Below, in pieces: positions 47,659 to 60,895 of a stretch of DNA of 64,000 bases. Origin of the DNA: Mobula birostris (lineage: Eukaryota). Positions within the stretch are counted from its first letter, which is position 1. Every line of letters starts with the position of its first letter. The position numbers were made by a program, and so were the translations under genes. Location of the stretch: NCBI RefSeq assembly GCF_030028105.1, contig NC_092370.1, positions 194,166,005 to 194,230,004 of the forward strand, in the 5' to 3' direction. The notes beneath the pieces are model-generated. The model was given only the letters and a program-made list of their open reading frames with translations. It was not told where the DNA came from and ran no database searches.

Positions 47659-49199
47659 TACATGTTGAATTTATTGATAAGAAATAAAGCCTTGTGACGA
47701 AGCCTGGGTGAGGGTGGTAAGGAACCAGGTGCTGGAGTATCGGAGACTAGAATCAAGACAGAATTTTATGATTCAGAAGAGAACAGGGCTTTTGACAGAC
47801 ACTAGATGAAAATCCAAATGAGACAGAAATCCTGAATGCAATTGCAGACTGAACCAAAGTTGAGTTCACAGTTGAGCACGAAACTGAGTTCAGGTGTTTT
47901 TAAAATAACCAAATCTTGATGCCTAAACATGGTCTCCAGTTTACACAGCAGGCCAGAATCTTTAAAAGGATTGTACTAGCTATCTGTGCTCTGGAAAATC
48001 AGGGTACCTAGATCCCAGAAGGTGGAGCAGTCGGGTGTGTACCGTAACGAACCTGGTCCTGAACTACCCTGAATTACTACCCTCGAAATAATACCAACAC
48101 AATACAACTGACCACTCCTTGTTATTCTACAGCTGCTAATCACATTCTCTTTTCAATGAATGAGCTCTGCATATAGGTACCCAAAACATCCCCTTCCAAC
48201 TGATACGCTTTCAGTCTTAGTGGGAGAAGCAAATTGCATCTGCATCAATAGGACATACAGTTTTGTAAGTTCTACTGTCTACTTCTTAAATTAACAAGAT
48301 TGATTTGAAGAGAGGATTTTACATTGAGGCATTTGATACACAAGAATATTAACTATACAATGGAACAGTCAAGGTCAATGTTGCCTTCTGGTATCCTGGT
48401 ATCAAATTAACTTCAAATAATGTATTACTTAGTCATTGATATGAAATGGAATCACTATATGAACTGCCAAAACAGCAGAATAACTGATTATAAGGACAAC
48501 AGTGCAGTTAATGGCAAAGCAAAAGATAAGTGTATATATAAATCATCACTTCTCATATTTATCAAAAAGCTATCAACATTCAGGATATATCTTTTGTTTC
48601 CAAGAATTTTTACATGATATTCGATTTGTCTTCAAAATGATACTCCATTTGTCAAATAACTTTACTTTTCCGTTGGCATTGAATACCAAAACAGTATTTT
48701 TCATCAAAATTTAAACCTCAATACCAAAGCATTTTTTGTTTATCTACTACGTCAATTGTGTGTGTGTTTCTATTGTCCAAGAGACTTAACTTTTATTGAT
48801 CTCCAGCAACAAAATCTAGCCCATCTAACAAAAATAATATAGTAAATTAATACACCAATCTGAGTTCCTGATTTGCTCAAGGGTATTTCTGATCTATTAC
48901 AATAGCTCCCTCTATGGGAAAGATATTTACCATATGTGTAGGTTTCTGAGTTTCTTAATTTATAATGGCACCAAATATCAAGCCATAATTAGACCTTCAA
49001 TTAAGTGGTTATAATGATCATTTGAATATACAGTACCTGATTAATAGTAGAACCAACTACACTATTAACTTTTAGGAGAATTCTTTTACAAAACTCAAAC
49101 AGTTAAATAATATTGCACTTTAAAATCCAATGCATGGTCATCCTGGTGCTTGCTCAATAATTTATTTCTCTTTCTCCATGTGTTGGCTCTTGGGATCAC

Positions 49200-49670
49200 C
49201 AACATTTATTCTGATAATCTTAACTTCATTTCTTCACTACGTTAACCATTCTGAGATGTCCTCCTTCTTTTCCTGAACCATGCCTACCCAACTACACAGG
49301 TAGAAGAATGTTTTATCTACTTACCACCACCTCTGGTCTCGCCCACCTTCCTCCCAATCAGAGCAAGGATAAGTTCTTCCTGGTTCTCATCTTCCAACCC
49401 ACCACTCTTGGGATTCAACAGGTCATCGTCTGCAATTTCCACTGCTTTCAACGAGATTCCACTGCCAAACACAATTTTCTCTCATCCCCCCTTTCAGAAT
49501 TTGAAAGGGCTGTTGGCTGCACAACTGGCTGCTCAGCTCCACCAGCTGCAACCCCTTCCTTTACTTGGAGACACAACTGCAGGAGATGAAACAACAAATC
49601 TTTTAACTATTTCCTCAACACTACTCATGGACCAAACAATCATTCCAGATAAAATAGCAAATCACCTGCT
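49200..49670 (+). mobile_element. Decayed Penelope-like fragment
   Basis: KDKFFLVLIFQPTTLGIQQVIVCNFHCFQRDSTAKHNFLSSPLSEF resembles the RT-to-GIY-YIG linker. Confidence 0.6.
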
Positions 49671-49679
49671 CAAGGGTCA

Positions 49680-50200
49680 AGGATCAAGGATTACCTTTAT
49701 TCAGCATATACATGCAATAGGAATTTGCTGTGGTGTGTTGGACAGGGCACAACATGCAACTAAAAACAACATTCAACAAATATAAAGAATAAAGAATTAT
49801 ATGAAAATAAAGTTAGAGATTAAAGTACTGATATGGATTAAAATGTGCATAGATACATGAATACCAGCTTATATTTACAATGTTATCAGTATTATAAAGT
49901 GTTCACAGTGCAATGCAGTGATAGGGTAACAGACAGACAGGGCAGGAAAGAAGCAAACTAGAATGGCAAAACAGACTAACTGCCTGGGGATAGGAGCTTT
50001 TAAGAAGGTGTGAACTCTTTGTTTTCCAGAAGGGAGCTTTTGGAAAAGGCAGCTTGCAGAGTGGGTAGTGTCTGCAATGATTTTTTCTGCCTGCTTCTTT
50101 GTCCTGGACACAGGTCCTGCAGTAAAGGTAGATTGCCACAATGACCTTTTCTGCTGACCAGACAGTCATGGCTGATGTGAGGATATTCTCTATGATCGTC
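49680..50200 (-). mobile_element. Rex1/L2-group LINE 3' fragment
   Basis: IIENILTSAMTVW; AEKIIADTTHSASCLFQKLPSGK. Confidence 0.75.
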
Positions 50201-50329
50201 GTTGTACGTCGCATCTGGAATTTCCAGTGGGCTGACGATTTCCCTCCACGTTCAATTCCCATCACCGTCTGTAGGGAGTTAGTAGGTTCTTCCTGTGACT
50301 GTGTGTTTCCTCCAGGTATGCCAGTTTCA

Positions 50330-53300
50330 TAAAATATAGGAGTAGAATTAAGCCATTTGGCCCATCAAGTCTGCTTTGCCATTTCATCATGGCCGATCCA
50401 ATTTTCCTCTCAACCCCAGTCTCCTGCCTTCTCCCCGTATCCCTTCATGCCCTAACCAATCAAGAATCTATCAAGCTCTGCCTTAAGTGTACATAAAGAC
50501 TTGGCCTCCAAAGTTGCCTGCGATAAAGAGTTCCACAGATTCACCACTCTCTTGCTAAAGAAGTTCCTCATCTTCATTCTAAAAACATGCCCCTTTATTT
50601 GGAAGCTGTCCCCTCTGGTCTTAGACTCTTCCACACTGGAAACATCCTCTCTACATCCACTCTATCTAGGCCTTTTGCCATTCAACAAGTTTCAATTAGG
50701 TCACCCCTCGTTCTTCTGAATTCTAGTGAATACACACCTAGGCCATCAAATGTTCTTCATACAACAGTATTTTCGTGAACTTCCTTTGAACCCTCTTCAG
50801 TTTCAGCACATCCTTTCTAAGGGACCAAAAACTGCTGACAATACTCCAAGTGAGGCCTCATTAGTACTTTCTAAAGTTTCAACATTACATACTTGCTTCT
50901 ATATTCTAGTTTTCTTAAAATGAACGCTAACATTGCATTTGCCTTCCTCACCACAGAATGAACCTGCAAATTAACCTTCAGGGAATACTGCAGAAGTACT
51001 CCCAAGATCCTTTGCACTTCGGGTTTTTGTACTTTCTCTCTGGTTAGAAGATAGTCAACCCTTTCATTTCTTCTACCAAAATGCATGACTATGCACTTCC
51101 CAACACTGTATTTCATCTGTCACTTCTTTGACCATTCTCCTAATTTGTCTATGTTCTTCTGTGGCCTATCTACCTCCTCAAAACCACCTGCCCCTCCACC
51201 TATCTTCATATAGTCTGCAAAATTTGCAACGAAGCCATCAATTCCATCATCCAAATCATTGACAAATAATGTAAAAAGAATCTGTCCCAAAACAGGCTCT
51301 GTGTAACACCACTAGTCACCGGCAGCCAACCAGAAAAGGCTCCCTTTATTCCCATTCTGCCTCCTACCAATCAAACCACTGCTTTATCCATTCTAAAATC
51401 TTTCTGTAATACCTGTTGTCTGTAATACATGTTGTTAAGCAGCCTCATGTATGTCACCTTGTCAACGGCCTTCTGAAAATCCATGTACACAATATCAACC
51501 GATCCTTTATCTATCCTGCTTGTTATTTCTTCAAAGAATTTCCAACAGATTTGTCAGGCAAGATTTTCTCCTGAGGAAACAATGCTAACTACAGCTTATT
51601 TTATCATGTGCCTTCAAGTACTCTGAAACCTCACCCTTATTATTTCACTCCAACATCTTCCCAACCACTGCAGTCAGACTAATTGGCCTATAGTTTCCTT
51701 TCTTCTGCTACTCTCCCTTGTTCAAGAGTGGAGTGACATTTGCAATTTTCCAGTCTTCCAGATCTGTTCCAGAATCTAGTGATTCTTGAAAGATCATTAC
51801 TAATGCCTCATCGATCTCTTCAGCTACCTCTTTCAGAATCCTGGGATGTACACCATCTGGTCCAGGTGACTTATTTATCTTCAAACACTCCAGTTTCCCA
51901 AGAACCTTCTCTCTAGTTATGGTAACTTCACACACTTCATGACATCTGATGCCTGAAATTTACACCACACTACACAGTAAAGACTGATGCAAGATACTTA
52001 TTCAGTTTGCCCACCATTTTGTTGTCCCCCAGCATAACCCTCCGGCATTGTTTCCAGCTGTTTGATATCCACCCTTGCCTTCTTTTGTATCTGAAGAAAC
52101 ATTTGACATCCTCTTAAATTGTATTGGCTAACTTACTTGCATATTACATCTTTACATTCTTAATGACTTTTTAGTTGACTTCTGTAGGTTTTTAAGAGCC
52201 TCCCAATCGTCTAAATTCCCACTAAGTTTTGCTCTATTATATGCCCTCTCTTTGACTTTTATGTTGCTTTTGACTTCTCTCGTTAGCCATTGTTGTGTCA
52301 TCTTTCCTTTAGAATACTTCTACCTCTTTGGGATGTACATATCCTGTGTCTTTCAAATTGCTTCCAGAAATTCCAGCTATTGCTGCTCTGCAATCATCCC
52401 TGCCAGTGTCCTTTCCCAATCAATTCTGGCCAATTCTTCTCTTGTGTCTCTGTAGTTCCCTTTACTCCACTGTAATACTGATACATCTGACTTTAGCTCT
52501 CTTCACTGCACAACAGTCCGAAATAGCTGATACTCTAGTGGGCTCAACCATGAGCTGATCTAAAATACCATCTTGTATGTACTCTAGAAATTCCCCCTCC
52601 TGGAATCCAGCACCAACCTGATTTTAGGAATATGAACCCAATGTACCTGCATATTGAAATATCCCATGACTATTGTAACATTGCCCTTTTGTTATGCAGT
52701 TCCCATCTCCCCTTGTAATTTGTAGACCACATCCTTACTACCATTTGGGGGTCTGTATACAACACCCATCAAGGTCTTTCTACCCTTGCGTTTTCTTCAC
52801 TCCATCCATAATCATTCAGCATCTTCTGACCCTATATCACCCCTTTCTAATGATTCAATTTCATTTTTAATGCCACCCCCTCTGCCTACCTGCCTGTCTT
52901 TTCAATACAACGTGTATCCTTGGATATTAAGCCAGCTATAATCTTCTTTCAGCCAAGATTCAGTGATACTTACAACATCCTACCTGCCTCCCTGCAACTG
53001 TGCTGCAAGTTTATCCACCTGATTCCGTATTGTGTGCGCTTTCAAACATAACACTTTCGGTCCTGTTTTCACCCTTTTTGATTTTGTCCACCTTTTATGT
53101 TGCAACTCATCCTGCTGACTGCAATTTTGCCCAATCAACAGCCGCTCCTCATTAAACATTCCTCTGTTGGTAAACTAGGCACCTCATCTCAGGACACTAG
53201 TCGCACAATGCTCAACCTTTTAATTCCTAACTTTGTCTGAGGTCTAACAAAAATCTGCCTCTACAAACTCTCCACTAACTCTTCTGGCAGTCTGGTTCCC

Positions 53301-53500
53301 ATCCCCCTGCAACTCTAGTTTAAACCTCACTGTGTAGCATTAACAACCTTCCTGCTAGATATTAATCCCCCTTCAGTTCAGGTGCAAATCGTCCCTCCTG
53401 TATGGGTCCCACCTTCCCTGGAAGGGAGCCCAATGATCCAAAAATTTTATGCACTCCCTCCTACACCAACTCCTTAGCCATGTACTAAACTGTATAATCT
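50330..53500 (-). mobile_element. Long decayed CR1 LINE (ORF2 and end of ORF1)
   Basis: NKSPGPDGVHPRILKE...WKIANVTPL; ORF1 SGNH-like end WCRRECIKFLDHW...YRRDDLHLN. Confidence 0.88.
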
Positions 53501-53999
53501 CACATTTCCTCCCAAAGTCCAAGGGCATACGGGTTAGTAGGTTAATTGAGCAGCGTGAGCTCATTGGGCAAAGGCCTCGTTCCTGTGTTGTATCCCTCTG
53601 AATTCAATCTTAGAAGTTGAAAAAAAAAATAAAAGATATAAGGAAGTGACAGGGAAAAGGTAGGTAAATGGACTTTTGTCAGATTGGCCAATGAGCTGAC
53701 TTTATGCTGCACTAAACAACCAGGCCTGAATACATGATCACTTTTGTTCTACTATTCTTGTGCTGATAAATGGTCAGGTCATACATTCTGGGCTTTAGAT
53801 TTCTTGAAGTTCTGTCAGTAGAGGAGCAATGGTGTTCACTACTGACCTTAAAGAAAGCTCTCCATAGAAGTCTAGGGCTCTGCTTGGTGAGAACTCTCAC
53901 TTTTCTGATCCCCACTGCAAACTGTAGGATTGGTTGGCCTGGTATTAGTGATGTCACCAGGCTGGCTGGGAGGCTAATCATGTTAGAAGGAATAATAGA

Positions 54000-54772
54000 A
54001 GAGCAGAATATTATTTAAATGTAGTATGCTGTTGTGCAGGGGGACTTGGGAGTGCTTGTGTATGAATTGCAAAAAGTTGGCTTGCAGGTACAACGGGTTA
54101 TTAAGAAGACAAACGGAATGTTGGCCTTCATTGCTAGAGGGATTGAATTCAAAGCAGGGAGGTCATGCTGCAACTATACAGGGTACTGGTGAGGCCGCAC
54201 CTGGAGTACTGTGTGCAGTTCTGGTCTCCATACTTGGGGAAGGATATACTGACTTTGGAGGCAGTGCAGAGGAGGTTCACCAGGCTGATTCCAGGGTTGA
54301 ATGGGTTAACCTATGAGGAGAGATTGAGTTGCCTGGGACTGTACTCTCTGGAGTTCAGAAGAATGAGAGGGGATCTCATAGAAACATACAAAATTTTGAA
54401 AGGGATAGATTAAGATAGAAGTAGAAAAGTTGTTTCTGTTGGTAGGTGAGACTAGAACTAGGGGACATTGCCTCAAGATTCAGGGAAGAAGATTTAAGAT
54501 GAAGATGAGGAGAAACTGTTTTTCCCCAGAGAGTGGTGAATCTGTGGAATTCTCTGCCCAGGGAAGCAGTTGAAGCTTCTTCACTAAATATATTTAAGAA
54601 ACAGTTAGATAGATTTTTACCATAGTAAGGGAGTTAAGGGTTATGGGGAAAAGGCAGGTAGATGGAGCTGAGTTTGCAGACAGATCAGCCATGATCTTAT
54701 TGAATGGCGGGGCAGACTCGATGGGTCGGATGGCCTACTCCTGCTCCTATTTCTTATGTTCTTATGTTCTTA
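54000..54772 (+). mobile_element. CR1 3' fragment
   Basis: [19 protein letters not shown]; (TTCTTATG)n tail. Confidence 0.9.
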
Positions 54773-54789
54773 ATGCCACTCTGACATAT

Positions 54790-55225
54790 CGGGAAATCAA
54801 GTACGTCGCAGGTTTCAGCGGTGGTTTGCCTTTGCCTTCTGCTGGGTGAGTTTAAAGAGATCACCACTTCTTGCAGTGGATGACCAGGATGTCTACGTGC
54901 CTTGTCATGCTCTTAGCGCTCCACAATGCCTGCTGGTCTGCCTTCTTGACTGTTGGACCATTAATCGGCCTCTTCCACTCAATCTTCCAGGGCCAGACTT
55001 CACACGCTGGGACAGGCAGATCCCCCACCTACCGAGGGTCGAAGACCCGTCGGCCACCCTCACCTGGTTTGGCCCGTCTGCCGAGATGGTTTACCGGCAT
55101 TTGGCTGTTAAGCGTGTTACAGCTACTTGGAGCCACAGGTGAGAGCTGAGCACCAGGTGGGGACCAAAGGTGGATGAGCTGCCCTGAAAAAGGGCACGGC
55201 AGGCCCCCTCACCAGAGGTGCTACC
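54790..55225 (-). mobile_element. Possible RTE-related non-autonomous element
   Basis: GC-rich island containing GTGGTTTGCCTTTGCCTTC, similar to an RTE/BovB-associated motif; no coding signal. Confidence 0.3.
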
Positions 55226-56239
55226 CCTCCCTAGACACCCCATTCTCTATGATGGCAATGTAAAATTGCACTACTATGTTTTGCAGGAGATGGAATTTTA
55301 CAAATTGCTGCAAGAAGTGCATCCTCTGCCAATCATTTTCATGTGAGTCACCAGATTATCTTTATTGTTTTTAGTGACTGATAAGCAGATTGTATGGGAG
55401 ATACTGAGTTCCAGTTGCCTGTCACTTTAATTCACCATCCATACTCCCACTCCCCTCAGTGTGCATAACAGAATAGTTGCTGAAATTCCCTACTAAAGGG
55501 AACAATCTCCAGTCATTACAAGATAAGTGGACAGTTATTTAAAATCAAGATACATAGATATTTTTAATTGCAGAGGTAAATGGAAGCTGCTACCATGGAG
55601 GGTAGTGAAGTCTTGATCACTGTAGGAATTTAAAGAGAAAATAGATACATTTTAACAGATCAGTGCTTGAGACTGTGAAAACCGGCACAGAATAGGAAAT
55701 GAGGCCTGGGCAGACAGGCATGATCATGCAGAATGACTGAAAGGCAAGAAGGGTCTGGTGATCTACTTCTCCTCCTATGGTTCATGCACTTGTGACTGTG
55801 ACTTCATTCATCATAAGCATTCCTTTGTCTCAGATTTAATGACAGATTTGAAATACCATTTATTTACATAGTTCTCACACTGAATTCTGATCCCAGGTGG
55901 AGTCCAGCAACTGGAGCCCAGTCTTGATGAATACCCTGCATGGCCTGGTGAAGGATCTAAGAGCCCGTTGATTTCAAAGGGATTGCTGTGCTTTAGCCTA
56001 AGATCAAAGTCAAAAGTTTGTTAGTTCCTAAAATGATTATTTTTGCATTAGTTTTGTAATTTAATTATTTATAACTGCTACAGGTGCTTCCAGTTGACAT
56101 TTAGTAATCTTTAATTTTTCCGAATTTTAATGTTTAAATTATTTATTTCAGTGTTAATAGATTTTAAATGTCAATGATTGCAGATATATAAAGGATCTTT
56201 CACAATGTTTATAGCAAGTCTCTCTAGGGGTAGGGGTTT

Positions 56240-57440
56240 GACCTACTCTCTCTACATCCACGATGTGTGGCTAGGCACAACTCAAACACGATCTATAAAT
56301 TTGCCGATGACACAATGATTGCTGGCGGAATTTCATATGATGATGGGGAGGTGTACAGGAGTGAGACAAATCAGCTGGTTGAATGGTGTCACAATTACAA
56401 CCTCACACTCGACATCAGTAAGAGCAAGGAATCGACTATGGACTCCAGGAAGGGGAAGTTGAGGGAGCACACACCAGTCTTCATTGAGGGATCAGCAGTG
56501 GAAAGAGTGAGCAGTTTCAAGTTCCTGAGTGTTAACATCTCTGTAGATTTATCCTGGACCCAACATGTTGATGCAATTACAAAGCAGGCATAAAAAATTT
56601 TTAAAAAGGCATCCGATAGTCTTGCAAGACCATAGATCTGCGCTTGGAAAGTCTTCACTCTCCAGGGCGCAGGCCTGGGCAAGGTTGTATGGAAGACCAG
56701 CAGTTGCCCATACTGCAAGTCTCTCCTCTCTTCGACACCAATGTTGTCCAAGGGAAGGGCTTCAGGACCCATACAGCTTGGCACCAGTGTCGTCACAGAG
56801 CAATGTGTGATTAAGTGCCTTACTCAAGGACACAACATGTTCCCTCGGCTGGGGCTCGAACTCACAACCTTCAGGTAGCTAGTCCAATGCCTTAACTACT
56901 TGGCCATGTGCCCACATACAAAGCAGGCATAACAGTGGCTATATTCCATTAGGAGTTTGAGGAGATTTGGTATGACACCAAAGACTTACCAATTTCAACA
57001 GAGATACTGTGGAAAGCGTTCTGGTTGGTTGCCTTACCATTTGCTATGGAGGGGTCACAGCACAGTATCAGAAATAGCTGCAGAAAGTTGCAAACTCAGT
57101 CAGCTCCATCATGGGCACTATCCTCCCCAGCACCGAAGGCATCTTCAAAAGGCGCCATCCATCAGCAAGGAAGGACCCTATCACCCAGGACGTAACCTCT
57201 TCTCACTGCTACCATCAAGGAGGAGGTATAGGAGCCTGAAGACACACATTCAATGTTTTAGGAACAACATCTTTCCCTCTGCCATTAGATGTTTGAATGG
57301 ACAATGAACCCATATACACTATCTGATGATACTTCTTCTCTTTTTTGCTCTACTTACTTAATTTAATTTGATTTAATTATATATTGCTGCCATAAAATAA
57401 CAAATTTCATGACATATGTCAGTGATATTAAACCTGATTC
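56240..57440 (+). mobile_element. Rex1/L2-group LINE 3' part, split by a SINE
   Basis: NTIYKFADDT...VSSFKFL...ITKQA|...HPGRNLFSLLPSRRRYRSLKT. Confidence 0.85.
56594..56916 (-). mobile_element. tRNA-derived CORE-type SINE with a 16-bp TSD
   Basis: TACAAAGCAGGCATAA at 56578-56593 and 56917-56932. A box TGGCCAAGTAG, B box GTTCGAGCC; head shared with the 24073 copy. Confidence 0.85.
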
Positions 57441-57725
57441 TGAACCTGTACCAGGTTATGAGTAATCTGTCAGTATCAATTCTGGGCCATGTACCAGGCC
57501 AGGAAGATCTGGGGAATGATGAAATGCCTGAGTGTTTTGATGGTATTGGGACTTTGTATCATATCCTTTCAGATGAGGTACAGAAATTCTAGAGCATTTG
57601 TCTGTCTAACTCACATTGATTGATGCCATATCCATATGCCAAGTCTTCAGACAATATTGAATGGAAATTTGAAAAACACTGCAGATGCTACATGTCTGTG
57701 AAAGCTCTCAGTCATCCAGGACATT

Positions 57726-58520
57726 ATATAACAAGCAGTAGTAAATCAAGGCAACTGGATTTGCTGTGTTGTCTACAAAATGATTTGCCACTCTTTCGAG
57801 AGGCTTCTTCAGTTCTGAACCATGGTGGGTAGTTTTCCGGCTTATAAACTCTGTGAGTTGTTTAGAGGTACAGCACTCACATGAGGGTCATTAAGAGCCA
57901 TAGAGATAATGAGCGGGTCATTAGCCTTTATTGTATATGCTATCCAATATTGTAAATGCTATCCAATGCAATGGGAACTGCACAGATCTGTATATCAGTG
58001 AGACAAAACAACCACTTCACAAATGGATGGCCCAAACATAGGAGGACTATGTCAAGACTCTGCTGTATTATCTACACCTAAAGGACAAGGAACACTCCTT
58101 CGATGACAACAATGTGCACATTTTGGATGGGGGGTGCGGTGGGCAGCTGGTTTGAAAGAGGAGTTAAAGAAGTCATCTTTGTCAAACTGGAAAACCCATC
58201 CCTGACAGAGGGGATGGGCTCTGCTGCTTATAGAATGGATAGGATTAGCTACTTACAACGCTGTCCTAACATCTCTACCCCAGCATCTCCACAACAGTTC
58301 ACACTTCCATTCATGCAAAGACAAGACTAATGAACCTCTCATTATCTCTATGGCTTTTAACGACCCGCATGTCATCACTATACCTTTAAACAACTCAGTT
58401 TATAAGCTGGAAACTACCCACTATGGATCAGAACTGAAGAAGCCATATGGATGAGTGGCAAAATAGCCTCTAGACAACACAGCAAGCCCAGTTGCTTTGA
58501 TTTACTACTGCTTGATATAT
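57726..58520 (+). mobile_element. Penelope-like element: GIY-YIG fragment flanked by ~200-bp inverted termini
   Basis: IVYAIQ..CNGNCTDLYISETKQPLHKWMAQ...HLKDKEHSFDDNNVHILD...WFERGVKEVIFVKLENPSL. Inverted repeat ~57726-57926 / ~58325-58520; CTGAAGA...GGCAAAA at 58434-58463. Confidence 0.85.
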
Positions 58521-59513
58521 TGCAGATGCTGGAAATCAGAAATACAAAATAGAAAATGCTAGAAGCACTCAGCATGTCTGAAAACATCTGTGAATCTCAA
58601 GGTAGTATATAATGATACTTTGATAATAAATTTACTTCGAAGTTTGAAAAGAGAAATAAAGTTTAGCTTTTGTGCTCTGATCCACATTATTTAAACTTAC
58701 TGCACAGAAACAGGTCCACCGGCCCACTGGGTGCACACCAACCAGCTGGAACCCATTTACACTAATCTCAATTTATTTTCCCCACTTCCTCATCAATTTC
58801 CTCAGAGTTTGATTCCTCACTCACACAACTAGGGACAATTTACAGTGGCCGGAAAATGTACCAATCCACATGCCTTTGGGATGTGGCACGTGGGGTGACA
58901 CCAGAGCAAGTGGATGAAACCTATTTGGTCACAAGAAGAATGTACAAAGTCCACTGGAAGCCAGATGTGGGGCAGCAACCTTACCAGCTGCATTACTATG
59001 CCAACAATGTTAATCTTTTCTCTTCCCACAGATGCTGCTTGGCCTGCTGAGTCATTTCTTTCTGACAAAGACAGAAGCAAGTTTACTTACGGAATCTGTT
59101 GTTTTGCAGTAGTAGTAGAGTGCAAGGTCTCAGTTCCATCTGTGAGGTGCATTTATGACAACAAGGAAAAGTAATAACAGATAAACCAGCAAAGGATTAA
59201 GGAATTAAAAATCAAATGAAGGAGGAAAAGAGAAAATGAATGGGTTAAGTTTGTAATTATATGCCTCAGTGCAGTTTGGCTTGGAGCTATGTCATTACCT
59301 TCTGGAAAGCGATGGGTTAGGAAATGCTGAAGCCTGATAAAGAACCACATGTGATGGATTTTATCTTGTTTTGTAAATAGATTGCAATCCTTTCTGTCCA
59401 CAAAATAATTTGGGATTAGTCATTTTAAATGAAGTGGACTCAGCACTTGCAGTATGTGAGAAATGATTAATGATCTATTATGACACAATACAGAGTTACA
59501 GATTGGAGAGCGC

Positions 59514-59516
<3 letters not shown>

Positions 59517-59553
<37 letters not shown>

Positions 59554-59570
59554 ACGTGTGCATGTGTGTG
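59517..59570. repeat. (GT)n microsatellite
   Basis: Direct reading. Confidence 0.95.
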
Positions 59571-59901
59571 GTAATTCTGTGATCCAGAAGAGCTGTGTAA
59601 GCTAAACACTTTTAAAGCTTACAATATAGCCTGGTAATTCTCTGAAAGGTAAGGGCCGAATTATCGAATCTGCCATGATCCTTTTGCCAAGTAAAAGTTT
59701 CCCTTGCTCCGGTACCTCTCCCTCTTCAGAAATCCAGTGGCCTGGAAGAAATACTTCAGTGTATAAATAATAAGTGCTAGAAATGTTAGCAGGTCATGGG
59801 AATTATTGGAGACACTTCAAGGAACAAAGTGCCATCAAAACAGTGGCATTTATGCTTCGATACTCTATCATTATTCTACTTGCTCAAAAGTGGATTTTCT
59901 A

Positions 59902-60895
59902 TTAAGACTCTTAAATTTATCCAAAAAGGTTGAATTTTAGAACAAGACCAAGTAGAATGTAAGAAAGTACAAATTTCTTGATGACACCGAAAACATTAAT
60001 CAGATAGGTTTGAATTTAATCTATTTATTTTTTGCAGTGTGATATATAATTGGTGTAAAAAATTATATTGCACTAATCTAAGTCGAACGTTTATTGTATT
60101 TGTCATACTGTCAAGACACTGTCTTGACCAATTTGTTTCATCAATATTAATATTCAGATCTGTTTCTCATTTTTGTTTTGACTTGTGGATTCCTTGTTTA
60201 ATTGTCTGTTTTTGAATCAAATTATACATACAAGAAATAATTTTTTAAATTTTTCCTTTTTGAATTAAAATTTCAATTTCATTGGGTTTTGGCAAAAACA
60301 TTGTTATTCAACCTTTTTGGAAAAATTTAAGAGTCTTATTGGAACAAATAAGTTATGTGGTACTCAACTTCCACATAACCCTGTATTATTTCTATTAGGT
60401 GATATTGAAGGGGTAAAACCAAAACCTAAACTGAATAGATATCAGAAAGAACTCATAAAAATTGCATTGGCAGTAGCCAAGAAGGCTATAGCAGTTACTT
60501 GGAAATCGGATTCATATTTAAGTATGAATCGTTGGAACAGTGAAATGGCTAGCTGTATTCCACTCGAGAAAAATTACTTATAATTTAAGAGATAAATATG
60601 ATACGTTTTTGAATATTTGGCGTCCTTATTTACAAAAGATAGGATGGCATATTTAGTTGCTCCAATGATAAAGATATTGGTCCCTTGGGGAAAGTAATAA
60701 ATAAATAAATATACTAAATTTATTTTGAATCCTATGGAGCATGTGGAAACCTTCCAATATCCAGGCAGTTCTTCTTTTTTTTCCTTTTTTTTCAGCTAGG
60801 GGTATATATCGGGGGGTAGGGTTAAGAGGAGGGTGGGGGTAGTCATTATCCTTCTATGTAATCACTTCAAAAACTCAACAGAAATTTTATTTTAA
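59902..60895 (+). mobile_element. L1-clade LINE 3' end with an inverted 5' segment and a 16-bp TSD
   Basis: AAAAGTGGATTTTCTA at 59886-59901 and 60896-60911. 59902-60305 encodes LVQYNFLHQLYIT...CFRCHQEICTFLHSTWSCSKIQPFW on the minus strand. From 60306 the plus strand continues IQPFW...AKKAIAVTWKS...IWRPYL. Confidence 0.9.
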
